Below, piece after piece: positions 35,692-44,700 of a stretch of 64,000 nucleotides of DNA. The stretch is from a virus. The notes under the pieces were generated by a model, which was not told the origin of the DNA, did no database searches, and worked only from the letters and a program-made list of their open reading frames with translations. The position numbers and the translations under genes are program-made. Within the stretch, counting starts at the first letter, position 1; each line of letters begins with the position of its first letter. The stretch lies in the IMG/VR virus record IMGVR_UViG_3300027816_000056. One strand, written 5' to 3'.

Positions 35692-35695
35692 CGGT

Positions 35696-37063
35696 TTACC
35701 CTAAAGTTCCACCTAAATCTTTGAACTTTTGTGCTAAATTTTTCTTCATAATGTTTTCACCAGATTTCATTGTTTGAGTAGTTTGTTTACCCTGTGTAGT
35801 CTGCGGTTCAAAGAATTGAAATTGTCCGTTATTGGTATTGATTTTACTTGGTAATGTAATACCATCTGGACCAAAACGATTCTTAATAACGTGACCTCTA
35901 CCGGTACCTGACATTTTATCTTCTACTTTACGGGACAATGACATTAAAAAGTCAGCAACCATCACTTTTCCATATGATGATGCAATCTTATCTGCTTCAA
36001 TAACATCTTCTTCTAAGGCGCTTCTTCCTGCTTGAGACGCAGTCCATACTGGAATATCATATTCCCCTGCCATTCCTCGTAACTCCTCGTAAAGTTCTTC
36101 TAATGCTTCGTGTTTGTCCTTTTTTGCATTGATTTTCAACAAATCACCGTAATCCACAATTACTAATGCAGGTTTATTTCCTAGCATAATTGTTTTTTCT
36201 AAATGAGCTTTAAGTCCCATTACTCCAACCGATTTAGTTGGGAAATACTTTACAATCAAATCTCCTGACAGAGTTTTCATTTTTTCTTCAACGGTATCTT
36301 GATGATGCTTCAATGTCTGTGCATTAATTCCTGTTAATACCGAATCATAGCGTTGTCCTACATAGTTTTCATTGAGCTCCAATGTATAATGTATAACACA
36401 ATGGCCGGCTCTTACTGCATTAGCACCTATATTAATAAGCATCCAAGATTTACCGATACCTGCAGGTGCCATTACTACACCCAATTCGCCTGGCGCTAAT
36501 CCACCATCCATTAAGTCATCAATAACATCCCAACCCGTAGTTATAGTGTGTCGTGATGCTTCTGCATATCGTGCTGATATATTAGATTTATATTCTAACC
36601 CAATATTGGTATCAGCACCAGCTTTCATAGCCGTATCAATTTTGCTTTTTATTTCATCGTAATTACCTCGTTGAAGTAAATTTACCGAATCCATAATAGC
36701 TCGTTTGATTTCTTGATTTTTGCAAAAGTTTAATATTTCATCTTTAACAAATGTCAAATCATCTGACTCCATGTATCGAAATACGTCTTTGAGCTGTTCT
36801 AATATTGCAGCTTTCAAAATAGCTTCTGGGCCAGAATCACTTAATTCTGTTAATTTTACTTTCAATACATCTTTTGTAGGCGGTGCTTTGTATTGTCGAA
36901 AATGTTCTAATACTGTTTCTAACAACCAACAATTGGCATCTGATTCAAAATAGTCAGGCCGGATGATGTCTGCAATTTGTTGTAAAAACATTCTGTCAGT
37001 AAACATAGCGGCAATAACTTTTACTTGAAAGCCCCATCCATATTCACTTAATTTATCTGTCAT
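35696..37063 (-). CDS. Replicative DnaB-like helicase (T4 gp41-like)
   Basis: APAGIGKS, YTLEL, VDYGDL, WTASQ, KNRFGPDG. Confidence 0.93.
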   Translation of the reverse strand: MTDKLSEYGWGFQVKVIAAMFTDRMFLQQIADIIRPDYFESDANCWLLETVLEHFRQYKAPPTKDVLKVKLTELSDSGPEAILKAAILEQLKDVFRYMESDDLTFVKDEILNFCKNQEIKRAIMDSVNLLQRGNYDEIKSKIDTAMKAGADTNIGLEYKSNISARYAEASRHTITTGWDVIDDLMDGGLAPGELGVVMAPAGIGKSWMLINIGANAVRAGHCVIHYTLELNENYVGQRYDSVLTGINAQTLKHHQDTVEEKMKTLSGDLIVKYFPTKSVGVMGLKAHLEKTIMLGNKPALVIVDYGDLLKINAKKDKHEALEELYEELRGMAGEYDIPVWTASQAGRSALEEDVIEADKIASSYGKVMVADFLMSLSRKVEDKMSGTGRGHVIKNRFGPDGITLPSKINTNNGQFQFFEPQTTQGKQTTQTMKSGENIMKKNLAQKFKDLGGTLG

Positions 37064-37069
37064 GTAACA

Positions 37070-37098
37070 ATAATATTAAAAAGAAATGTTTTATCCAA
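37070..37098 (-). promoter_or_regulatory. Sigma70-like promoter TTGGAT-N17-TATTAT (leaderless)
   Basis: -10 box ends 6 nt before the helicase ATG. Confidence 0.65.
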
Positions 37099-37099
37099 A

Positions 37100-38164
37100 T
37101 TATTTTTTATGTGTTTGTTGAGCGAAGGCACTTAAAGATAGCCAAGTATTTGTCAACCAGTCTGGAAGATTCTTCATTGCATTCCACATTTTATCTTCCA
37201 TAAACAAGCGTTGAAATTCTTGTCGATTAAGCATAGGAATAGATTGATTCATAATTCCTCGGATTGTGCTACAATTCTGCGCAGGAATATTCAACAATTT
37301 GATATTCATTAATCGATAATTAGTTTCAACGGTATCGTAGTTATCTAAAACTTTTTGATACATTTTACCTTCCTTAAGAATGCGTTTATCATTGCATTTT
37401 TGTTGCAAATCATCCAAAGTAAATTCCGTAGGATCTGCTAATTCTGGAAATGTCTTTAATATGGTTTTAGGTCCAATACCATCTACCCCGGAAATATTAT
37501 CCGAAGCATCACCAGTAAATGTTCTATAAACTACATAGTTATTGGGATGTACCCCAAACTCTTCTAAAATTGCAGCTTCATCATACATTTTCTTTTTGAT
37601 AGGTGACCAAACTTGCAACTTGTTATCAACCAATTGATAAAAATCTCGATCCGTAGATACTATAGTTATTTTTTTGCTAATGTCTTTATACATTTGTGCA
37701 ATATAAGCAATTGTATCGTCTGCTTCAATTCCATCGATTGCTAAAAAGGTAACTGGTAAATTATCTAGATATGATACCAATCTACTAAATTGCCAGCGCA
37801 TTGCTTCTTGTTCATCTTCAATAGAAGCAAATTGTTGATGATCATGTCTACGCAATCTAGTTTTATTGGCTCGATTTGCTTTGTAATCGCCATGTATTTT
37901 TCTACGACGAGCACTACCACCTCTGCCATCAAACACAATAACGCATCTACTAGGACGAAAATCTCGTACTGCTTTACCAATAGAAAAAAGGAATCCTGTA
38001 ATTCCTCCAATGTGATCTCCATCTTCATTTGTGGACGGAGTTGCTCCAAAAGCTCTGATAAAAGTATTCAATCCGTCAAATACCATGATATGATCATTGA
38101 CATCTGACGGACCGTTTACTTTTTCTTCTTGTAACTTTTTGAATAGCTGTTGATACTTATTCAT
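37100..38164 (-). CDS. 5'-3' exonuclease/flap endonuclease (T4 RNase H-like)
   Basis: FDGLN, VFDG, YKANR, EADD, STDRDFYQL, GDASDNI.GV.GIGPKT. Confidence 0.93.
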   Translation of the reverse strand: MNKYQQLFKKLQEEKVNGPSDVNDHIMVFDGLNTFIRAFGATPSTNEDGDHIGGITGFLFSIGKAVRDFRPSRCVIVFDGRGGSARRRKIHGDYKANRANKTRLRRHDHQQFASIEDEQEAMRWQFSRLVSYLDNLPVTFLAIDGIEADDTIAYIAQMYKDISKKITIVSTDRDFYQLVDNKLQVWSPIKKKMYDEAAILEEFGVHPNNYVVYRTFTGDASDNISGVDGIGPKTILKTFPELADPTEFTLDDLQQKCNDKRILKEGKMYQKVLDNYDTVETNYRLMNIKLLNIPAQNCSTIRGIMNQSIPMLNRQEFQRLFMEDKMWNAMKNLPDWLTNTWLSLSAFAQQTHKK

Positions 38165-39327
38165 TAGCCTTCTTCATCTATAACTGATTCATCGATTATT
38201 ACATCGTCAATACCCCCATCAATACCTGCTTGATATTTAAAAATGTAAGCATCGCAAATTCTTTGATACAATCGATTTTTTATTTCTAGTTGATTAATTA
38301 TCTTTTCAACAAAAGTCTTTGATTGAAATTTAATTTCGCCAAATGTTTCTCCGGTTTCAATATCAACATCATCCAATGTATAATGTGCTCCAGATTGTTT
38401 AACTAAACTATATTTCTTCATAGTTTCCAACCAACCGCCGTAATTATCAATACCTGAATCATAATAGATATCGTAATTAATTTTGCGATGTGGTGGTCCC
38501 ATACGATTCTTAACAACTTGCACTTCTGTCTTGCTTCCGACTACTTGATCAACGCCATCAATTTTTGCTTTGATCATTCCGGTATTTTTAAGACGCAATC
38601 TAACCGATGCGTGAAATGGAATTGCTTTACCACCCGATGTAGTCCATGCATCTCCAAATGATACACCTAATTTGGTACGAAGCTGATTAGTCATAATCAA
38701 ACAAATTCTCTCACGTGCAATCCAATTGGTTACTTTACGCATTGCTTTGGATAGAATGATTGATTTACTTGTAGCATAACCATCTTTGTCATATTCAGCC
38801 GCCATTTCAATTTTTGTTGATGCACCCATTATTGAATCTACAATGATTGTAACTAAACGATCTTTGTCTGACTTACGTACTTGTTCAACAATTGTTTCAA
38901 TGGTTTCGAATATTTCTTCAACTGTTTCCAATGGAACATAAAGCATTGATTTTAAATCAATTCCAATTGCCGACATAAATTCAGCACTTGATGCCGCTTC
39001 TGTATCAATATAAACTGCTAACCCGCCTTTCTTTTGTGTTTCAGCAGCTACGTGTGATACAAGCAATGATTTTCCGGATGCTTCTAATCCGGTAACTTCA
39101 GTTATCCGACCTACTGGGAATCCTCCGTTCGGTCGGTTTGAAATTGCCAAATCGAGCATATCGCAACCAGATGAAATCCATTCTGATACATTGCTTGGTG
39201 AATCTGCATCGCCTTCTAGAAAGAAAGCTGTTTTAAGAGCTTGTCCTTTAAATTGCTTGTTGATACTTTCTGCTAATGTATTTGCTAACGAATCTTCCAG
39301 TTCTAGTTTGCTTTTACTCTTTGCCAT
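38164..39327 (-). CDS. uvsX: RecA/UvsX recombinase
   Basis: GLEASGKS, YIDTE, IVDS, NQLR, TSGGKA..F.ASVR, KNR. Confidence 0.95.
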   Translation of the reverse strand: MAKSKSKLELEDSLANTLAESINKQFKGQALKTAFFLEGDADSPSNVSEWISSGCDMLDLAISNRPNGGFPVGRITEVTGLEASGKSLLVSHVAAETQKKGGLAVYIDTEAASSAEFMSAIGIDLKSMLYVPLETVEEIFETIETIVEQVRKSDKDRLVTIIVDSIMGASTKIEMAAEYDKDGYATSKSIILSKAMRKVTNWIARERICLIMTNQLRTKLGVSFGDAWTTSGGKAIPFHASVRLRLKNTGMIKAKIDGVDQVVGSKTEVQVVKNRMGPPHRKINYDIYYDSGIDNYGGWLETMKKYSLVKQSGAHYTLDDVDIETGETFGEIKFQSKTFVEKIINQLEIKNRLYQRICDAYIFKYQAGIDGGIDDVIIDESVIDEEG

Positions 39328-39337
39328 CTATAACTCC

Positions 39338-40111
39338 TTAATTGAAAAGATCATTGAATGCTGAAGCAACATCGTCAACTTTACCTGCTACTGGCTTTGA
39401 TGCCTTTGCTGGTGCTGGTTCTGCTTTTACTTCTTCTTCATCTGCAGCTACATCAGAATCAGCATTTTCTGGATTCATCCATTCTTGCAATGCATATTCC
39501 AATTCTTCATAAGTTGGCTCAGGAAATAAATCAGTAATTTCTGGTTGATTCATGATTTTTTCAGCAATTGCTTTGTCTTCAGTTGCTGGTTGTGTATTTG
39601 GCTTAACACGAATCGTAGTCTTAGGATATGCTCCTCCTTCTGCGGGAACAAATTCTACATCAATATCACGACCATTCATCAAATCCGTAATATCACCATA
39701 ATCAGGATCAGAAATAATTGAAAGAAGTTCTGTGTAAATTGTTTTTCCAAAACCCCAGAATTTAACTCCTTCTGCTTCTTTACCACGAATAATAACCGGA
39801 ACATAAGTTCTCATTTTAGGTTCGATTTTACGACCCATGATCCATTCATCTTTATCGCCAGTCTTTTTTAGTTTGTCTGAAAACTCTACGATTGGATCAG
39901 CATTTCCAAATGTAATTGGTGACAACATGGATTTTTTACCAATGTCGTAATGAAAATACAATTCTAGAAATGGATTGTCTTTGCGATGTACATACGGTAC
40001 AATGCGGATACGTGTCTTACCTGCTTCAGGTTTCCACAAATTTTGTTTTTTGTCATCAGCTTTGTTCAACTGATTCAGCTTTGCTTTAATAGCATCTAAA
40101 TTTAAAGCCAT
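39338..40111 (-). CDS. Single-stranded DNA-binding protein (T4 gp32-like)
   Basis: LWKP..RIRIVP, FWGFGK, DITD..GRD, acidic tail ending FNDLFN. Confidence 0.85.
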   Translation of the reverse strand: MALNLDAIKAKLNQLNKADDKKQNLWKPEAGKTRIRIVPYVHRKDNPFLELYFHYDIGKKSMLSPITFGNADPIVEFSDKLKKTGDKDEWIMGRKIEPKMRTYVPVIIRGKEAEGVKFWGFGKTIYTELLSIISDPDYGDITDLMNGRDIDVEFVPAEGGAYPKTTIRVKPNTQPATEDKAIAEKIMNQPEITDLFPEPTYEELEYALQEWMNPENADSDVAADEEEVKAEPAPAKASKPVAGKVDDVASAFNDLFN

Positions 40112-40158
40112 TAGTTAACTCCTTTTAATTGGTTAATAAAATATAAAATATTAATTAC

Positions 40159-40186
40159 AATATAAGTAATTAAATCGTTAAATCAA
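40159..40186 (-). promoter_or_regulatory. Sigma70-like promoter TTGATT-N16-TATATT for the SSB-uvsX-RNase H genes
   Basis: AT-rich leader and AAGGAG RBS downstream. Confidence 0.5.
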
Positions 40187-40206
40187 AATAATTAGTTAAG
40201 TTTTTT

Positions 40207-40707
40207 TTAAAATAAAAAGTCGTATATTGTTTCGACAGTTATACCATATTTCTGTGCAATAGCTTCATCTTGAATGTCTACACTTTTCAAATCACCATCT
40301 TCTTCAAATACAGCTGTAAAATTAATTTTATCCGAGCCGGCTTTCAATTCACAATCAAATTCAATATCTGATACTAAACGAGTTTGATCATATGCTCCGG
40401 TTGGGTCGTTTTGACTTTCAATATCTTGTTTGATATCATCAATGATATCTTGGAATGTATTTTTATCGGCTAATTGAGAACCTTGAAATGTCATGCTAAC
40501 GATACCAGATATATTAGTATCATAATCAGCTCTGTTTATCATGATCTTTAAATTTTTAGGATCTACCATTAAGTTACCAGTACGTGGATCTCGATTAGCT
40601 CCGCTGTCAAATCCTAATTTATTTTCTAGATCACTTAAATCAGCTTCGTTAAGATTCTTAGTTTTGAATCTACGCATATTTTCTGCTAAGATATTTTTTT
40701 TCATCAT
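40207..40707 (-). CDS. Acidic hypothetical protein with conserved N-terminal leader (putative internal virion protein)
   Basis: N-terminus MMKKNILAENMRRFKTKNLNE shared with neighbour. Confidence 0.7.
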   Translation of the reverse strand: MMKKNILAENMRRFKTKNLNEADLSDLENKLGFDSGANRDPRTGNLMVDPKNLKIMINRADYDTNISGIVSMTFQGSQLADKNTFQDIIDDIKQDIESQNDPTGAYDQTRLVSDIEFDCELKAGSDKINFTAVFEEDGDLKSVDIQDEAIAQKYGITVETIYDFLF

Positions 40708-40735
40708 AATAGTATTTTTAATTATCTAGCTTGAT

Positions 40736-41056
40736 TCAAGATTCACTGTACAGCGAATCCTGATTAGACATATCTTGTTCAATATGATCAGCAAGTTTTT
40801 GTATGGTTTGTATAATTTGTTTGAATTCTTTTAAATAAAAATTTTTATTGTATTCATCCGTAAAATCATCAATAACATCTGCCGGAGTATTTGGTATACA
40901 AGTTTCTAAAGCATTTAAAATATGATCGTATATTTCAATCTCTTTTTGATTTAATGGACCAGTTGCATTGGCTACATATGTATCAAGCTCATTGATGTTT
41001 TTAGTACCAAATCGATGCATATTTTCAGCTAATAAATCTTTTAATTTTTTCATCAT
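40736..41056 (-). CDS. Acidic hypothetical protein with conserved N-terminal leader (putative internal virion protein)
   Basis: N-terminus MMKKLKDLLAENMHRFGTKNINE; ATATTTATA motif at 41070-41078. Confidence 0.7.
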   Translation of the reverse strand: MMKKLKDLLAENMHRFGTKNINELDTYVANATGPLNQKEIEIYDHILNALETCIPNTPADVIDDFTDEYNKNFYLKEFKQIIQTIQKLADHIEQDMSNQDSLYSES

Positions 41057-41077
41057 GTTCCTTATATAATATAAATA

Positions 41078-41464
41078 TCAACTCCAAGTAACTTTCTTAA
41101 AGAACATTAAATTGATAATTCGATATCCAGCATCATCCGTAAGTATGAATGAATTTTGATATCTAGACCAATCCAATTGATATGTTTTATCTAAAACTCC
41201 ATTATTTACTGCACGTATCACTTCATTAAGAGCATTAACTGTATACAATGTATTGGTTTCTTTTTTGCGATGTATACTTATTGTGTTTTGCCCTCTGCGG
41301 CCGGAATCAAATGCATTGTAAGTGCAATATAAATTATCAGTTACGTCGGCATTAGAAAACACAAATATTCGGTGTTCTGGAATTTCGTAATTTGTTTGTA
41401 TGTATTCGGTGATTATATTTAAATCGCCTCGATGTGCAAATGTGCAAAGTAATTGTGTTTTCAA
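41078..41464 (-). CDS. Hypothetical phage protein
   Basis: 128-aa ORF with TTG start and AAGGA RBS. Confidence 0.7.
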   Translation of the reverse strand: MKTQLLCTFAHRGDLNIITEYIQTNYEIPEHRIFVFSNADVTDNLYCTYNAFDSGRRGQNTISIHRKKETNTLYTVNALNEVIRAVNNGVLDKTYQLDWSRYQNSFILTDDAGYRIINLMFFKKVTWS

Positions 41465-41473
41465 ATCATGTCC

Positions 41474-42730
41474 TTAAGATTGAAGTTGTATAAATTCATA
41501 TTTAGGATATGCAGATTTTAATCCAAATACCCACATTCCTTGAGATAATCCTATAATTGACCATTCTGATGCTATAGTTACAATTGGAATTCCAGGATTA
41601 TTTACATCATATGCAATAAGTCCTAAAATTTCTTCAAAGAATTTATTTTTTGTTGTATTTAATAATTTAATCATAATGTTTGGATCTAGTACTAAATCAT
41701 TATGTTTTAATTTATTAAACCAAATTGCAGCATTATTAGTTTCATTACTAATTTGTTGACCTATTTTAATAGAAACTTCAGTTTCATCGCCAGAACCTCG
41801 TTGTATTTTATCAAAATCATCAGATGTTATCCAATATGATATTGTTTGATTTCCAGTTTTTATTGTTAAACGAGTATCTCGTATATCAGTATCTAAATCA
41901 GATTTCCATAAAATTTCATGCAGTAGTTGCCACCCTTTATATAGTTGTGACCATCCGCTTTTATAACTTAATTCATTGCTAGAAACGTTATCCATTAATG
42001 GAACAAATATTTTTTCTAATACTTGAATCAAATCATTTAGTTGTTTCCATGAATGTGGATCTACTAAATCTTTTAATTCTTCAAATGAATCTCCCATTGC
42101 AGTTAATGGTTTTATAATATCATTGAAAAAATTTGTGGTATATGTTAATAAATCACCATCAATTGGCATTCCTGCTTTTGCTGGTCGAAAAGTTTTTCCT
42201 TCGGGAGCTTTACCCATTTCACCTGATTTAGTTAATCTAGGTAGCTTACCAATTTCTTTAACTTCCCATTCTCCGCCAGGCATAATAATATCATGAGATG
42301 CCGTTCCACCAGGTTGTGAATCTTTTACTGCTAATAATATTTGTATTTCACCTTTACCCATTCCAGCAGCAGATTTGCCGGTAGGTAATATATCATAAAA
42401 TTTAGTAAATGCTTTATAACCGGTAGACATAAATGAATCAATAGTATGCTGACGATAATTTTTATCAAATTCTATTTTTTCTTCCGGGGACAAATCTTCG
42501 TAGCGATCTAATATTTGTTGTGTTAAATCATCAGATAAATTTAATTGAGAAAATTCTACTTGCTCTGTTATTATACCTTGAGCTTTATTAACTACGACTC
42601 TTGCTTCTAATGGCGTTAAATCAGTCATTTCCAAAATAACATGATATAACATTTCATAATCTTTAGGTCTAGTAGGATAACCTTTCGGTAATCTGTAACT
42701 CCATTCTACTAGTATTGAATCTATGGTCAT
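41474..42730 (-). CDS. Putative PD-(D/E)XK restriction-endonuclease-like protein
   Basis: GKGE..HD(x7)WEVKE catalytic-like pattern. Confidence 0.5.
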   Translation of the reverse strand: MTIDSILVEWSYRLPKGYPTRPKDYEMLYHVILEMTDLTPLEARVVVNKAQGIITEQVEFSQLNLSDDLTQQILDRYEDLSPEEKIEFDKNYRQHTIDSFMSTGYKAFTKFYDILPTGKSAAGMGKGEIQILLAVKDSQPGGTASHDIIMPGGEWEVKEIGKLPRLTKSGEMGKAPEGKTFRPAKAGMPIDGDLLTYTTNFFNDIIKPLTAMGDSFEELKDLVDPHSWKQLNDLIQVLEKIFVPLMDNVSSNELSYKSGWSQLYKGWQLLHEILWKSDLDTDIRDTRLTIKTGNQTISYWITSDDFDKIQRGSGDETEVSIKIGQQISNETNNAAIWFNKLKHNDLVLDPNIMIKLLNTTKNKFFEEILGLIAYDVNNPGIPIVTIASEWSIIGLSQGMWVFGLKSAYPKYEFIQLQS

Positions 42731-44049
42731 AAAGATATAGTTTTCATTTTATCATAAATATTGCCCACTTTTACTTTTACCGGAAAATCTCCATCTTCTA
42801 ACAGCTGTTTTATCTCCGGCAATATTCGTGTGGCTTCCGAATATTCTACATCAATTAATATTGAGTCATATGTATATAAAATTATGCAACTTGCAAAGTC
42901 TTGTAAATATGTTTGCAATCGTTTTAATTTTTGCACTGATACTTCTGTCTCAACGGCTTGTAAATAGTAATTAAACAATTTATTTGCTGTCATGTTTTGC
43001 ACAACATCTTTGCATATTTTTCTACGTGTTATTGGTGTTTCAATGCAACCCGAAGCCTTCCATTTAGCCCATAGTTTATATACATAATCATTTACTTCTC
43101 GAAAGAATGGAATAGTTAAAAATTCTGAATCTATTCCTCCATACAGCAAACGAAATGTTATGGATTTGCTTTCATTGCGTTGTTCATCAGTTAATTCTGA
43201 TGCACCGAAATAATATTGTCCTAAATAATCATGTATAGATGTTGTTGGTAACTTGTATCCAATTATCCGTGCAATCAATCTAACGTGATATGAATCAAAA
43301 TCCATTTCAACAAGTGCGCCGTTAGGAAATCTACTACAAAATGCAGATCTAGTACCATCTTCTTTGTTCATGGCCGCAAAATTAAAACCTCTGTATGCGT
43401 TACTAGGTCGACCCGTTACGGTATGATAATTGTATTGTGAATACACAAATCCATCTGTTATTAGATCAGGCATTCTAAAATCTTCTGTAACTTGTAATCC
43501 GTTGCTTTCTATTGCAGCAAATACGTCTGGATATGTTGCATTGAATCTTTGATATGAATCTGATAGTTCTGCATTCATACACATAGGCCAGGCATAATGA
43601 CGAATTTTTTGACACATTGCTAAATGTTGTTGCAAAGGAACTATGCTATTAACGTGTGGCAATGCAGAATGCCGCCGCCAATAAAATGTATGTGCTGCAG
43701 TAGGATAATGAGATTCATCATAAGCTTCTCCGTAAGTATACCACCACAATGTTTTAATATCCCATACAGCCCCATTTCCTCCGATTTGAAGCCAGGTCTT
43801 TTTGTCATGAACAAAGATATTCTCCAATTGCAAAAACCGGGACAAATGTTCTGGAAAGCCCCTTAGTTGTTCAGTATGACGAAATGGAACTAGACGCTCT
43901 ACATCATCTTCTGTATATACATACAATGCAATAACTGTATTTGTTACGGGGTGCAGTATCGGACTGGCCAGTACCGGAACAATCAGCGTACGCTTATCAG
44001 CAATACATTGTAGCAATGCATCGATTTCTTCTGCGTGATCCAGTATCAT
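42727..44049 (-). CDS. Compact family A DNA polymerase-like protein
   Basis: TVTGRPSN, R..F, motif A MDFDSYHVRL, motif B KSITFRLLYG, NY..Q, motif C YTYDSIL. Confidence 0.85.
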   Translation of the reverse strand: MILDHAEEIDALLQCIADKRTLIVPVLASPILHPVTNTVIALYVYTEDDVERLVPFRHTEQLRGFPEHLSRFLQLENIFVHDKKTWLQIGGNGAVWDIKTLWWYTYGEAYDESHYPTAAHTFYWRRHSALPHVNSIVPLQQHLAMCQKIRHYAWPMCMNAELSDSYQRFNATYPDVFAAIESNGLQVTEDFRMPDLITDGFVYSQYNYHTVTGRPSNAYRGFNFAAMNKEDGTRSAFCSRFPNGALVEMDFDSYHVRLIARIIGYKLPTTSIHDYLGQYYFGASELTDEQRNESKSITFRLLYGGIDSEFLTIPFFREVNDYVYKLWAKWKASGCIETPITRRKICKDVVQNMTANKLFNYYLQAVETEVSVQKLKRLQTYLQDFASCIILYTYDSILIDVEYSEATRILPEIKQLLEDGDFPVKVKVGNIYDKMKTISL

Positions 44050-44055
44050 ACTTTA

Positions 44056-44084
44056 AATATATGAAAAAAATTTCATATAAACAA
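44056..44084 (-). promoter_or_regulatory. Sigma70-like promoter TTGTTT-N17-TATATT (leaderless) containing a 9-bp inverted repeat
   Basis: -10 box 6 nt from the ATG at 44049; TATATGAAA-N4-TTTCATATA at 44058-44079. Confidence 0.6.
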
Positions 44085-44086
44085 GT

Positions 44087-44698
44087 TTATGCATTAATAT
44101 CTGCTGGTGTTTTAAAATCAGTATCAGTATAATATTGCAATGGATTTGTTAGTACGGCACCAATTCCTGGCATCTGTTGTTCTGCAAAACGAATTTGTGC
44201 TAAATTTTGTGATTGAACTCCAGGTACATTAATTCCGCGTGATGATTTTGTATCATCAATGTTTCCTGCAATGCTCCATTTGATTTCAATTGCTTGATAT
44301 ACATTAGGATCTATAACTTGAGATTTCCAAGCATCATATTGCAATTTATTTACTTCTATGATTAATTGTTCATTAACTTTTTTAATAAAATATCTAGTTA
44401 TAAATCCAGCAGATCTATCTTGCACTGTTACGGTTGGTGGTATTACTTGCGGAGTTATGTATTTAGTTTTTAATCTAGTTTTAAGTTTGATATATGTTGT
44501 ATCTCGAGTATCTTCAACATATGGTACTAATTTTTTAGATGTTTTTGCATTCCACGTAGCACCAGTATATACTTCTTTAGTTATATATTTATGATACGCT
44601 CCGCGATATTCTGTTCCATCTTCAGTTTGCCACTCCTTACCATTTGTATGTAAATTGGTAGTAATTTCATCTGGCATATAATACGACTTGATTCTCAT
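44087..44698 (-). CDS. Hypothetical protein at the end of the baseplate module
   Basis: 203-aa ORF coupled to the hub gene. Confidence 0.65.
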   Translation of the reverse strand: MRIKSYYMPDEITTNLHTNGKEWQTEDGTEYRGAYHKYITKEVYTGATWNAKTSKKLVPYVEDTRDTTYIKLKTRLKTKYITPQVIPPTVTVQDRSAGFITRYFIKKVNEQLIIEVNKLQYDAWKSQVIDPNVYQAIEIKWSIAGNIDDTKSSRGINVPGVQSQNLAQIRFAEQQMPGIGAVLTNPLQYYTDTDFKTPADINA

Positions 44699-44700
44699 AC

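Noticed and set aside
35600-35695. Cobalamin riboswitch upstream of nrdJ
   Set aside because: The gap is under 100 nt, has a single hairpin and shows no B12 box
40112-40206. AT-rich gap as replication origin or tRNA/ncRNA
   Set aside because: Explained by a promoter and an unstructured SSB leader; no iterons or cloverleaf
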